Shown: piece by piece, positions 55,965-63,902 of the stretch
Numbering within the stretch: position 1 is the first letter of the stretch
How the letters are laid out: each line of letters begins with the position of its first letter
Source: Octopus bimaculoides
Lineage: Eukaryota
NCBI RefSeq assembly: GCF_001194135.2
Contig: NC_068990.1
Coordinates: 25,091,752 to 25,155,751, forward strand
DNA: 64,000 nt
Reading direction: 5' to 3'
Position numbers and translations under genes: made by a program
Notes under the pieces: generated by a model
Seen by the model: only the letters and a program-made list of their open reading frames with translations
What the model was told of the DNA's origin: nothing
Databases searched by the model: none

Positions 55965-58900
55965 CCCCACTAAATTAGAGGGAGACAACTTCACAGAACC
56001 TGAGAAATTCCATTTACACAGGAGACAAAATCTGAAAAAGTATTCCCAATCTTATTTCTCTTAGATGAATTATATGATAATAATGGGAAACTTGCTGTTT
56101 ATGAATTTTATTCTTTCGTATTTTTAATGATCAATGCCATGCTTTGATTGGGTCAATCCTGGAATGTCTCCAGAAGTCCTGTTTGTACAGATTCCATAAT
56201 GCTGAATCTAAATGGTGAACCTATTTCTCTATGCTGGAGATACTCAACATGCCACAGAGAGCTGACAAAATATTGAACAGATCTAAACATTAAAACGGAA
56301 CATGATGTTAGAAAACAACCAGAGAAATCAATATGATTAGTCTATTCATATCAATTATCATCATCTTTTAACATTCATATTCCATACTGGCATGGATTGG
56401 ACAGCCCGACAGGACCCAATGTCATAATCCAATGTCTGCTTTGGCATAGTTTCTATAGCTGGATATCCTTCCTAATGCCAACCACAGAGTGCACTAGGTG
56501 CTACTTTTTTAAGGTACCAGCACTAGTGAGGTCACCAAGTATCTTACAAGACTAAGGTTATTACCAACTGAGCAGGAGGTAGCATTATGCTAAACAATAG
56601 AACCAGTGGTTCTCAACCAGGGTGCATATAAGATTTTATTATTAATGTTTATGCGAGATAAATTGGTTATACTTCTATAATAAACAAAATATTTTAACAT
56701 TAAAAAAAAAAAATTCCTAATAAAATTTCATTATATAAAAAAAAAACCAATAGGCTATTTTTAACCCTTTTGTTACTGTATTTATTTTGAGATGCTCTGT
56801 TTCTTTCAATTAATTTAAAATATAACAAAGAACTTACTAAAATAACTTAATTATCATTAAGCTAGCATTAGGAACATAACTTATGAAAACAAAGTATCAT
56901 TTTAGATAATTAAAAGTCTGCAGTGAACAACAATGGTTTTTGAAGAACACTTCATTCAAAGATTTTCAAAGAAGACATTGGTTAATATAAATATTCAAAA
57001 TGTACATAATATATTTTATTTAGATAAATATCTAAAATATACAAAAATAAATTTGAATTCAAAACTACAAGACATGCACACATTTACAACAACAAAAACA
57101 AAACTTTTTTTTTGTTTGTTTCTGGAATACTTCATGATGCATGCTTGAGGAAGGATTCATGCAAATATCTTATGACATCTTGGTTCACATGCAGGTGCAA
57201 TAATAACTACAAATACTAACAGTTTTACTACGTACACACACATCTACACACACACACATTGATATGTACATACACATACATAATCATTTACCTAGACTTG
57301 GTGCTGAAATGTCAACTTCACCAGCTGAAGGATATCTGATCTACAGAACTAATTACTGATATTCAATTTGGGAATAAATTTGGTCTCAAAAGTATATTTA
57401 CACAAATAACAAGCTACCCTTCAGAGAAAAGAAAACCTATTTTCTCCACATCTTCATTCTTACAAAATCAATTTAAAATGTCATTATGGTAATGATTTAA
57501 AAGATGTCTGCATTAGAAGAAATACTGGGTTTGCTTCCTTGTATCAACTGTTCTTGACACCAGCACCAGGTCTTGTGTGGTTGAAGAATTTCACTATTAT
57601 AAATCAATGAAGAACTACAGAGTATTTTAGATTGGACTCAAAGCACGACCTGAACACAGAAGTGTGAGTCAAGGAACTAGTTCAGTCAACTTTGCTACAA
57701 CATTAAAACATTGCTTCTTCCTATTTGAGTAGACCTTATTGTGCAGTTTATAACAGAAGCTAGTTTTATCTTGGCCTTCATGGAAAGAAGGAAAGAAAAG
57801 AAAATGATCAATGACTTTAAATAATGTTGATCAATGAAACGTTTAAACACACGTGGTTCCCACTATTGCTTGCAGCTATTATAAGGGAGGTAATCAGGTC
57901 AATATGAAGCAGGATTATAAATGTGAAAACTGAAATTAAGTTTAACTTTAGCCCTTTCGTTACCACATTCCTGTTGAAACACACTTTGTTTCAATTTATT
58001 TTGAAAATAATGAAGAATTTAGTAAAATAATTTTCTCGACATTAAGCTGGTGTTTGGAAAATAAATTAACATGAAATTTTGATGGTAGATTCTAATTTAG
58101 ATCACTTTAAAACAGGAAGTTTGTATCGTAGAACCAAGGGCAGTGTTAGAAGGGTTGATGTTAACAGTGTAAAGTTAATATAGTAGTTTTACTTAATCCT
58201 TTTGCAGTTCATTCAGTTTATAAAGAAGTGATACACAAATTTACAGAGATTATATATCATGTCCATGTTCAAGGAAGTCATAGCTTCATTGTTTCTGTAA
58301 CATCAGCAAGGAATTTGATTAAAAAATTTACAATTCTGAATGTACAGAAGCAAGCTAACAACTTGGTTTTTTTCCCCCCCTTTTCTGCATAAACAATTCA
58401 GTAGTTACCTTGGTATTGTTCAGGTTTAGATGAATAAGACTTGAGAGTTTACACTACACAAGATAAAAATTTCTGAATTTTACATTTAGAATGAAGAAAT
58501 TATTTTTCCATTTTCTTAAACCAAATTCTTGAAGGAAGTTATAAAAGGCCCAGGAAAAGTTGTTGCTGCACAATTCTAGTCAGTTGTACTCGAACAAGAT
58601 ATTTTACATGTAAAGTCTCTCTGCAATGTTGAACTTCAGTTTGTTGGAGACCATACTATGCATTATCATACAACATTAAGATGTATTAAATGCAGTGGTG
58701 GGAATGATATGGCAGTCTGCTATAATTTGGACACAGCTGTCATAATTTTAATTCAGTCATTTAAACTGATCACCATAGTAACCAGATCCCCTCAATACAT
58801 CTAACTACCATCTTCGAAGTAGAACCAATACAAAGAATGATATCCCAAATGCTGCCATCTAAACTATATATATTTTTACTATACACTGAAGAGCTTTTTT

Positions 58901-60052
58901 TGTCAAATATGGTTTAGTATATTAATGATATATCATCTAAGTTAGGAAAGGTATTAAAAAATAACTATAAAACACGTATCAGTTTGTATATATATATATC
59001 AAAATGTTGATATATGACTAAATACATAGAACCTGATTGATTTTTTTAATTGTCATCAATGAAGCTTCCAGTAGCTGGATCTGAATGTCATTATCCAACA
59101 GCTGGTGATTGACTAGAAATATTGTTTCTTACCAGGTTTTGCTGATTTAGCCGAAATTTAAACAAGCAAGCACCAGTCACTATGTTCACTCAAGATAGAC
59201 AAAGTTAAAAAGAGTAAAGATTTGAAGAAAGAATATGTATAAACATTTAGTAAGCTTGTCACTTAGAAGAAAGAGGCAGAGAGAATCTCTTAACTGAAAA
59301 GAAGAGCAAAACTATTTAACGAATAGCAATAGAGAGAAAATGGTTATGATTATTGGGAAGACTTTAGTTTGGCAAAAAAAAAAAAAAAAAAAAAAAAAAG
59401 AGATAGTAAAAAAGAAAGAAAAAAAAGGTCTTTGGTGGTTAATATATTCAGGGAGACAGATTGGTTAGACATGAGTAATGGATTAAGATTTTGTGTGCTT
59501 ACATTGAAAGCAAAATAAAATTAAAAAAATTAATTCAAGAAGTTTTTGCAATATTGGTGAGTTTTAAGAAACTCAGTTAAAACCATCCAATTTCATATTC
59601 TTTAAGGGACAAGCATTTGATAAAACATAAAAAAATCTTTTTTTTTTTTGGTTTGTCAAGGCAATTCAGCTTTAAATATCACATACATTAAAATGGAAAT
59701 GTGAATACACACACAAACATACATAGCAATATAGAAACAAACAATTTTTTATTCAACATTTAACAAACATGCTAGAACTCTCTAAAAATACAAGAAGTTA
59801 ACATTTTGTCAAGAGAGTTACATGCATTACTTTCTGTACAATATTAGATGCCAGCAAATAAACGCATGCAACTTGGTTATTGCCTATAAGTAAAACTGAT
59901 CCAGGGCTAAGATAGTAATTGTAACAATAACATTCCGTATATCAAAACTTTAAAATTGATTAGCTTACCTTAGCCTCTCGGATATATTGTCCACCGTAAC
60001 GATTCATTGCTTCTATCTGATGGCGCCGCTCTCCCAGAGCATTGTAGATTGC
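1..60052 (-). CDS. MACF1/DST (shot): Spectraplakin (MACF1/dystonin/short stop family), partial gene: end of plakin domain, two giant plectin-repeat exons, spectrin-repeat rod; both gene ends lie outside the window
   Basis: 25 exons, all AG/GT bounded with matching phases. The translation resembles MACF1/Shot as I recall them: QKEKMVAVLGPLAIDPVVIQNQ vs EKELMVSVLGPLSIDP, SFSNDIIAHQADVRF vs SFSEDVISHKGDLRY. Plectin repeats (DPxTG..SLxEAIxxGLID) sit between the plakin end and the rod. Confidence 0.95.
1515..1553. repeat. (ATT)13 microsatellite, tail of a SINE 3' end at ~1430-1514
   Basis: Direct reading. Confidence 0.95.
1665..1877 (-). CDS. MACF1/DST (shot): Rod exon, 213 nt, phase 0-0 (ITALLKFYD...SEEPVG...EQMK)
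   Basis: ctttgtcag acceptor, AAG|gttagt donor. Confidence 0.9.
2767..2880 (-). CDS. MACF1/DST (shot): Rod exon, 114 nt, phase 0-0 (LFSVDLAGKK...TFTNQ)
   Basis: tttactcag acceptor, CAG|gttagt donor. Confidence 0.88.
3504..3617 (-). CDS. MACF1/DST (shot): Rod exon, 114 nt, phase 0-0 (NQMKDLDNELLSM...PVARD...QNMK)
   Basis: tttttacag acceptor, AAG|gtagtt donor. Confidence 0.9.
4075..4290 (-). CDS. MACF1/DST (shot): Rod exon, 216 nt, phase 0-0 (ALNQELYPVQNQ...IDLIK)
   Basis: atttttcag acceptor, AAG|gtaggt donor; open frame, no ATG so missed by the ORF track. Confidence 0.88.
5515..5684 (-). CDS. MACF1/DST (shot): Rod exon, 170 nt, phase 1-0 (TMDKKVQNLED...IEKIQ)
   Basis: taaacag acceptor, CAA|gtaaga donor. 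Confidence 0.9.
6586..6736 (-). CDS. MACF1/DST (shot): Rod exon, 151 nt, phase 0-1 (ALQNDVLKL...TALSS)
   Basis: cactgcag acceptor, A|gtaagt donor. Confidence 0.9.
6920..7295. repeat. Compound CA/GA/TA low-complexity repeat
   Basis: Direct reading; it causes the spurious CV-rich extension of ORF 6879..7598. Confidence 0.9.
7302..7634 (-). CDS. MACF1/DST (shot): Rod exon, 333 nt, phase 0-0 (ILQQEIAQHEQIV...LKETR)
   Basis: ccctgcag acceptor, AGG|gtaagt donor. Confidence 0.92.
8551..8717 (-). CDS. MACF1/DST (shot): Rod exon, 167 nt, phase 1-0 (LSRRNSLDLA...HHQDQ)
   Basis: ttgtttcag acceptor, CAA|gtgagt donor. Confidence 0.9.
9500..9728. mobile_element. piggyBac-like MITE, same family, diverged
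   Basis: Colinear with 15660-15879 (ctgtcaaatgtaatgcttatttatt ... aatgctaaagg). Confidence 0.7.
10202..10364 (-). CDS. MACF1/DST (shot): Rod exon, 163 nt, phase 0-1 (MHEDQLKQRK...AEKKL)
   Basis: gtttttag acceptor, T|gtaagt donor. Confidence 0.9.
10515..10740 (-). mobile_element. 3' part of an RTE-tailed SINE subfamily; similar copies at 2205-2420, 6120-6330, 18205-18400, 56360-56570 and (+) 15225-15430
   Basis: ttccaaactggtatgggttggatggtttgac..gggtgcccttcctaacactaacc..gggtgcattttatgtg. Confidence 0.65.
10830..11020 (-). mobile_element. CORE-type tRNA SINE fragment; similar copies at 24400-24630 and 60270-60460
   Basis: ggatgggatgccagtccat..gctgagtagactg..gtgaaatgaa..caagaacacaa..ggaattgaaac..aaccactaggcca. 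Confidence 0.6.
11290..12004. repeat. (CA)n with interspersed ATGCACAACTAT units, 594-N gap, then (GA)n
   Basis: Direct reading; gap 11395-11988. Confidence 0.9.
12061..12275. mobile_element. piggyBac-like MITE, same family as 15660-15879
   Basis: ttaa|ccctttgagcatt ... aatactaaagga|ttaa. Confidence 0.75.
12303..12635 (-). CDS. MACF1/DST (shot): Rod exon, 333 nt, phase 0-0 (VLQEELHGQEPVYE...NETK)
   Basis: ttgtttag acceptor, AAG|gtatat donor. Confidence 0.92.
13153..13570 (+). mobile_element. RTE-clade LINE ORF2 C-terminal fragment, degraded
   Basis: FN*LGTKITLDGDCIHEINTRISKANQSFGMLNSIW...TKIQFY..ILFYGSECW..KCLRKIL...RRWKWLG matches the RTE post-RT pattern (LLYGxETW, CLRRIL, RRWxWxGH). Confidence 0.85.
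13969..14129. repeat. Perfect inverted repeat: 58-bp arms, 5-nt loop CAACA
   Basis: tgaagtagttg...aatacgac / gtcgtatt...caactacttca. The 30 nt duplicated across the 10-N gap (14009-14038 = 14049-14078) is a contig overlap. Confidence 0.9.
14445..14644 (-). CDS. MACF1/DST (shot): Rod exon, 200 nt, phase 1-0 (EMKWSTL...VLGPLAIDP...GQVK)
   Basis: acttttag acceptor, AAG|gtaatt donor; diagnostic spectraplakin motif KEKMVAVLGPLAIDP. Confidence 0.95.
15464..15593 (-). CDS. MACF1/DST (shot): Rod exon, 130 nt, phase 0-1 (AFHKKILGKE...PLNLL)
   Basis: tttacag acceptor, G|gtatga donor. Confidence 0.9.
15660..15879. mobile_element. piggyBac-like MITE (TTAA|CCCT...AGGG|TTAA), ~220 bp
   Basis: TTAA on both sides; imperfect TIR cccttgaacatt / aatgctaaaggg; sister copies at 9500-9728, 12061-12275 and 62247-62466. 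Confidence 0.78.
16341..16576 (-). CDS. MACF1/DST (shot): Rod exon, 236 nt, phase 1-0 (DLSDIQQQLLDINQRYEILGERL...NHE)
   Basis: ctcatcag acceptor, GAG|gtagga donor. Confidence 0.92.
16677..17052 (+). mobile_element. tRNA-head SINE with (TG)n middle and RTE-like (GAT)n tail
   Basis: ggctgtgtggttaagaa...ttcagtcccactg...ggggaaatattaccttgct...gggcatccagc...atgatgat; homologous copies at 19462-19903, 18400-18723 and 3085-3270. Confidence 0.75.
17119..17274 (-). CDS. MACF1/DST (shot): Ser/Pro-rich insert exon, 156 nt, phase 1-1 (SRKAAGLPSPSIRSPSP...RKSSSDNLLLD)
   Basis: cttatgcag acceptor, G|gtaggt donor; frame-compatible with both neighbours. Confidence 0.8.
17885..17996 (-). CDS. MACF1/DST (shot): Rod exon, 112 nt, phase 0-1 (PLLNEHSNQRKK...SSPVR)
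   Basis: attttcag acceptor, A|gtaagt donor. Confidence 0.87.
18400..18723 (+). mobile_element. 5'-truncated SINE, same family as 16677-17052
   Basis: ttaccttgcttggaaacaggtgagggttggtgacaggaaaggcatccagcc ... gatgatgatg. Confidence 0.72.
19462..19903 (+). mobile_element. SINE, same family as 16677-17052
   Basis: Colinear head, microsatellite middle and tail. Confidence 0.72.
19966..21276 (-). CDS. MACF1/DST (shot): Rod exon, 1311 nt, phase 0-0, about four spectrin repeats
   Basis: ttccag|TTT CAT acceptor, CAG|gtaaga donor; lies within the 457-aa ORF; LLNWL and LDWL spectrin motifs. Confidence 0.95.
21797..21880 (-). CDS. MACF1/DST (shot): Rod exon, 84 nt, phase 0-0 (SFSNDIIAHQADVRFMSMAVQKYIEEAK)
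   Basis: ttgttatag acceptor, AAG|gtaaat donor; matches the recalled MACF1 SFSEDVISHKGDLR segment. Confidence 0.9.
22523..22699 (-). CDS. MACF1/DST (shot): Rod exon, 177 nt, phase 0-0 (VLRTSGNRL...VEKHK)
   Basis: tatttag acceptor, AAG|gtaaaa donor; FKDWM spectrin motif. Confidence 0.9.
23495..23650 (-). CDS. MACF1/DST (shot): Rod exon, 156 nt, phase 0-0 (THHAEILDHQQPV...LMEK)
   Basis: ctacag acceptor, AAG|gttggt donor; open frame not shown in the ORF track. Confidence 0.88.
25378..25524 (-). CDS. MACF1/DST (shot): Rod exon, 147 nt, phase 0-0 (GRLPDSYD...RDAQK)
   Basis: ctacag acceptor, AAG|gtaagt donor; spectrin helix A with conserved W. Confidence 0.9.
27582..27895 (+). mobile_element. Diverged SINE of the same family as 61021-61398
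   Basis: Shares gagaacta..aagggcacacatgtctgtgga..tcagccacttacacgttaattcacaagcaggctgttc. Confidence 0.75.
28797..29028. other. Assembly gap (232 N) in the intron after exon B
   Basis: N run; a small exon could be hidden here. Confidence 0.99.
30243..37745 (-). CDS. MACF1/DST (shot): Giant plectin-repeat exon B (7503 nt, 2501 aa, phase 0-0)
   Basis: aattttcag|GGT AAG AAT ATG acceptor; AAG|gtatgg donor; length divisible by 3; about 54 plectin-type motifs by eye in two clusters. Confidence 0.87.
32220..33570 (-). repeat. Degenerate 87-nt/29-aa coding tandem repeat in exon B
   Basis: TLQD/TLQN/TIQD unit starts at 32732, 32645 and 32558 (exact 87-nt spacing); weaker units on both sides. Confidence 0.7.
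38450..38670 (-). mobile_element. tRNA-derived SINE (family with ggatgaaaggcaaa..gacc..ggcagaatttgaactcagaac); co-oriented copies at 39360-39570, 39640-39850, 39860-39995, 41400-41530, 60100-60240
   Basis: Reverse B-box gagttcaaattc and shared body. Confidence 0.75.
38905..39270 (-). mobile_element. SINE, same family as 16677-17052, reverse orientation
   Basis: gttgccaaccctcacctgtttctaagtaaggtaatatttcccc. Confidence 0.72.
41715..41830. repeat. Degenerate (GAT)n trinucleotide tract
   Basis: Direct reading. Confidence 0.85.
41956..54095 (-). CDS. MACF1/DST (shot): Giant plectin-repeat exon A (~12.1 kb, ~4040 aa, phase 0-0), spans a 155-N gap
   Basis: ttgttttag|TTT CAA ATG acceptor; ACG|gtaagt donor. 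The ORFs 47976..54089 and 41860..48165 are one frame broken only at the N-gap inside the 36-nt repeat. About 85 plectin-type motifs by eye. Confidence 0.88.
47500..47571 (-). repeat. Perfect 30-nt coding tandem repeat, 2.4 copies (DKPTSQGDSY)
   Basis: agttggtttatcataagaatccccttgaga repeated exactly. Confidence 0.95.
47720..49092 (-). repeat. Coding minisatellite, 36-nt unit (QRGQxPxxxD[VA][PL]), about 38 units including the gap, with a 108-nt higher-order unit
   Basis: Recurrent gacctctctgtgggacatcagctgctgatgg-type units on the plus strand; 12-aa period in the translation. Confidence 0.93.
54380..54935 (-). mobile_element. SINE, same family as 16677-17052, interrupted by a hAT-like MITE
   Basis: The head sequence gaaaccatgtggctgggaagcaaa|cttaccaaaccacac is split by the insertion. 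Confidence 0.75.
54747..54913. mobile_element. hAT-like non-autonomous element (MITE), 167 bp, 8-bp TSD
   Basis: TIR actagcatagctcg / ctagctacgctagt; TSD gaagcaaa at 54739-54746 and 54914-54921. Confidence 0.8.
54990..55275 (-). mobile_element. Diverged SINE of the same family, with CORE-like segment
   Basis: Reverse of gctgagtactccacagacacgtgtacccttaac, plus tRNA-like head aaccactaagccacatgcc. Confidence 0.7.
55426..55635 (-). CDS. MACF1/DST (shot): Exon, 210 nt, phase 0-0, end of plakin domain (IYDKKMKQY...EANVDMK)
   Basis: ttttgtag acceptor, AAA|gtaagt donor; resembles the MACF1 segment DYELQL...ETLRR that precedes the plectin-repeat exon. Confidence 0.9.
55905..55961. repeat. (GA)n microsatellite
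   Basis: Direct reading. Confidence 0.95.
57950..58160. mobile_element. Second TTAA-type MITE family; other copies near 24780-24930, 56760-56900 and 17540-17800
   Basis: Shared core ttttgaaaataatgaagaatttagtaaaataa..attaagctggtgtttggaa. Confidence 0.65.
59969..60052 (-). CDS. MACF1/DST (shot): Exon, 84 nt, phase 0-0, last plakin-domain spectrin repeat (AIYNALGERRHQIEAMNRYGGQYIREAK)
   Basis: tattacag acceptor, AAG|gtaag donor, open frame, helical spectrin-like peptide. Confidence 0.88.
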
Positions 60053-61020
60053 CTGTAATACCAACACACTTTATTTCAGAATAATAAAATAATAATAATG
60101 GTTTCAAATTTGGACACAGGGTCAACAGTTTGGGAGGGGAAGACGAAGTTGATTACATCAACCCCAGTACATGACTGGTATTTATTTTATCAACCCTGGA
60201 AGGATGAAAGGCAAAGTTGACCCCAGGACTCATAAGGCCTGAGCTTAACCCAGCTTCCATGGCATATGAGTGACTGAGATTACAGCATTCTCCCTGGAGG
60301 GGATGCTGGTCTGTCACAGGGTCAACTTCCCAATTATTACTGGAACTCATTTACAGCTAAGTATACTGGAGAAACACGAAAAGTGTTTTTGATCAAGAAC
60401 ATCATCTGGTCTGGGAATTGAAACCACAATCTTAATGCAACATCCTAACACCACACTAAAATATTATTATAGTTATTGATGAATAACTACTCTTTCAATG
60501 AAACTAATAAGCTTTTACAATGTTTTATTAAAGAGGAGAACATTCTTCTTTCAAATAAGAGATTTTTATAGAAAGAACATGTAAAATATGTTGAAGTGAG
60601 ATGTTGCTTGCATGTAGAAATTGAAGTAGGTTGGTTTCCATAGTCATAGAAATGGAACCTTTGTAGAACCAATCCTAAATCTAACTGATATTCATCTCTA
60701 TTCACAGAGAGAAATGTTTAACAGAAATAATGAAGAATATGAGAAGAAATTTCAAAATAAATATAAAAAGAAGAAAATAGGTAGAACAAGTCATTAATAT
60801 ATCTAATTTCCTTCTGGTGTCTGAGAATAAACCCGAAAATAGAAAAATGTTTAAAATAGAATGTACATGTTGTTGCTTGATATTTACACCTGTAGATGTA
60901 AAACCCAGAAAGTAACTAAATATTGATGGAATGATTGGGAGTTGAGGATGGGTTGGGGAATGGAAGATAATGTTGGATAGCAGTAAAATGTAGGTTTTAT
61001 ATATTAAAACTACTTATTGT

Positions 61021-61398
61021 GGAGGAGCAATGGCCCAGTGGTTAGGGCAGCGGACTCGCGGTTTCGATTCCCAGACCAGGCATTGTGAGTATTTATTGAG
61101 CGAAAACACCTAAAAGCTCCATGAGGCTCCGGCAGGGGATGGTAGCGAACCCTGCTGTACTCTTTCACCACAACTTTCTCTCACTCTTACATCCTGTTTC
61201 TGTTGTGCCTGTAATTCAAAGGGTCAGCCTTGTCACACTGTGTCATGCTGAATATCCCCGAGAACTACGTTAAGGGTACACATGTCTGTGGAGTGCTCAG
61301 CCACTTGCACGTTAATTTCACAAGCAGGCTGTTCCGTTGATCGGATCAACTGGAACCCTTGGCGTCGTAAGCGACGGAGTGCCAACAACAACAAATGA
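61021..61398 (+). mobile_element. Full-length tRNA-derived SINE with (CAA)n tail and 9-bp TSD
   Basis: A-box tggcccagtgg, B-box-like ggtttcgattccc; TSD acttattgt at 61012-61020 and 61399-61407. Confidence 0.85.
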
Positions 61399-61407
61399 AC
61401 TTATTGT

Positions 61408-62100
61408 AATACAGTGCTCAGGTGCACTACAGCTCACTGGAAAATGTAGCCAAATGTGCATGAACAGTACATAGAATCATGCACAGGAAGTGAACAGTTA
61501 ATGGGTTGTTTAAAAAAAAAAAGGGTAGGGAAACACATCTAGAGTACTGTTGGTGAATTTCAGGAAGCATGAAAGTTTTGAAGGATGTAGTGTCCCAACA
61601 GGTAACAACTGATGCAGGTAGTTTATTCCATGCCTCAGCAATTCTAAGCATCAAAAAATGTTTCTGAATGTCACGGGTGCCATGTTGTCGTTTGATTTTG
61701 TAAGCAGGTCCATGGGTGTTAGACATATGGAATTCAAAAAGGGGTCCAAGGTTGTTGTTGTTGTTGGAAAGATGGTGGATAATCTTGTGGATGTCTACAA
61801 TGGTGATGAGGGAAGGATAGATGCATGTTTTGTGGAATGTTAGTGTGTTACAATAATGGAGCACAAATGTGTTAAGTGGTAAGTTGGGTTACAAGAGGAA
61901 TCAGATGTAATATGCAAGGGAGAAAATGGACTGATATGAATATGTGATGTGTAATGAAGGATGATAGTTGGGTAAAGAAGTGCCAGGTGATCCAAGTGGA
62001 TCATGAAGGAGATGAAGAAGAACCACAAATAGCAAGATGCTGTGCTAGAAAAACCCAATCCAACCCAAACAACCATGGAAAAATCAAAGTAAAACATTGA
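61408..62100 (-). mobile_element. CR1/L2-clade LINE 3' fragment, frameshifted
   Basis: NTHGPAYKIKRQHGTRDIQKHFLMLRIAEAWNKLPASVV..FK matches the CR1/L2 ORF2 end motif TRGH..K..RK.FFS.RV..WN.LP. Confidence 0.8.
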
Positions 62101-62246
62101 TGGTAATGATTACATATAAAATTAATGATTCTTAGAACAAAAAATGTTCCAAAACTAAAGAGTTTATTAAAAAAAATTAATGAAGCCAACCAAAAATGTA
62201 CTGTTTCAGCCAATGTATTGTTATATTTAAATATCTCAGTGCTTAA

Positions 62247-62466
62247 CCCGTTAATATTTAAGCCAGTCATATCCAGCCAAAATATTTTATGTTCTTCTAT
62301 GTTCAAACCAGTCAGATCCAGCCTCTTACACTTATCCTGCATCATTTTAAAAGTAAATAAATTATATCATTGAAATCTCAAAGCTACAAGATAATGCAGG
62401 GTTAATTCAAAACTGTGTGAATAAATAAGGATTACATTTGACAGAATAAACTGAATGCTAAAAGAT
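62247..62466. mobile_element. piggyBac-like MITE, same family, opposite orientation
   Basis: ttaacccg... aaataaggattacatttgacagaataaactgaatgctaaaag. Confidence 0.72.
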
Positions 62467-63084
62467 TGAATAAGTTTAGCAGTCTAAACTAGGATGTTAG
62501 CTGTATACATAAAATGCTTACATCTATGTAAGCTTTGAGGCTACTGGCATTTCATTCAAGTTGATTTTAAAATGTCTCATGGCTAATTGCAAATCATATT
62601 CAATCTGGCTGCTAGTTAGAGATTAGCCTCTAGTGATGAGATGACCCAGAATTTGGATCTGTCACAGTGTGTTCCTGTTAGAATAACACGTTCGCCATAA
62701 GCATTTTGACATGTACAATGAAAATCGTATTTTAGTGTGCTATATAGAGTTAAACATGAAATATTCGATATACACTACACACACACACACATCTATGAAT
62801 GATAGGGACAGACAGACAGACAAGTAAAGATGTAGGATAGATAGACACATAGACACATAAGCAGGCATATTGATAGATACACAGGGAGAAAGGGGCAGAA
62901 AGCTTGAAATAGAACGGTTAGGATTTTGGCAACAATGAAGTTGAAATTGAAGATGTTTTCAAAAATATGTAATAACACAGATAAGTTGAAGAAAGCTGAT
63001 ATTCTTGGAATGTCTACCTTCACAGGTAGCTACTTAACTATTCCTCTGGTATTTGGCTTCCAGTCTTCATAATTTATAAATCAT

Positions 63085-63087
63085 ATA

Positions 63088-63125
<38 letters not shown>

Positions 63126-63306
63126 AAACATTGTTCTAATTTGATGAGTAAACTTCATATTTCCTTTTTATCTAAGCAGGAAAATTAAGAGCAAAGAAAA
63201 TGTCTTTATGCAAATATGTGTGTTGATGTATGCATGCAAATGTATTTATATGTGTGTGAGTGTTTGTAAGTGTGCGTATATAAATATGTGGGTTTATGCA
63301 TGGATG

Positions 63307-63362
<56 letters not shown>
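63085..63362. repeat. Two (TG)n tracts with a TG/TA-rich spacer
   Basis: Direct reading. Confidence 0.9.
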
Positions 63363-63366
<4 letters not shown>

Positions 63367-63899
63367 AATTTATGTATGTAACGCATATGCCTACACCCAC
63401 ACATACAAGAACTGGGAGCTGAGATGTTGAAGAGATCAGCAAAGCTCAAGTTACCTGAGGAGCAGATAGTTTTCAATTAACCCTGTCAATTAATACATCA
63501 CACACATACAGTTTCATTTTTATCATTATGGGTGCAGTAGATATCTGATGAAAGGTGCTGGTTTTCAGATGTACTTCAGTCTGATGAAGGGCCCTACCCA
63601 AAATGTCAGAACTGTCTTTTTCCTCTCAGTGAATTAATATTATACCACGAGGAAGAATGACATGTATTGCAGAATCGTTTTTCAGAGAGGGAGGAGGGAG
63701 GGAAGGATAAATAAATTGGAATCAGTGACAAAAGAAGGAGGAGGAGAAGGAAAGGAGAAAAAAATGGAGAAAGAGGTAATGAATGTTGCTAGGGGTGGTG
63801 GTGGTGGTAAGAGTCAAAGTGAGGAGAAAATAAAAGGAATGACAGTAGATTTGGAAAATCATTGAAGGAAGGGGAGAGAGAATGACAAAGAAACACTGT

Positions 63900-63902
63900 C
63901 TC

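Noticed and set aside
61021-61080. tRNA gene
   Set aside because: It is the tRNA-derived head of a SINE with an internal deletion; no complete cloverleaf.
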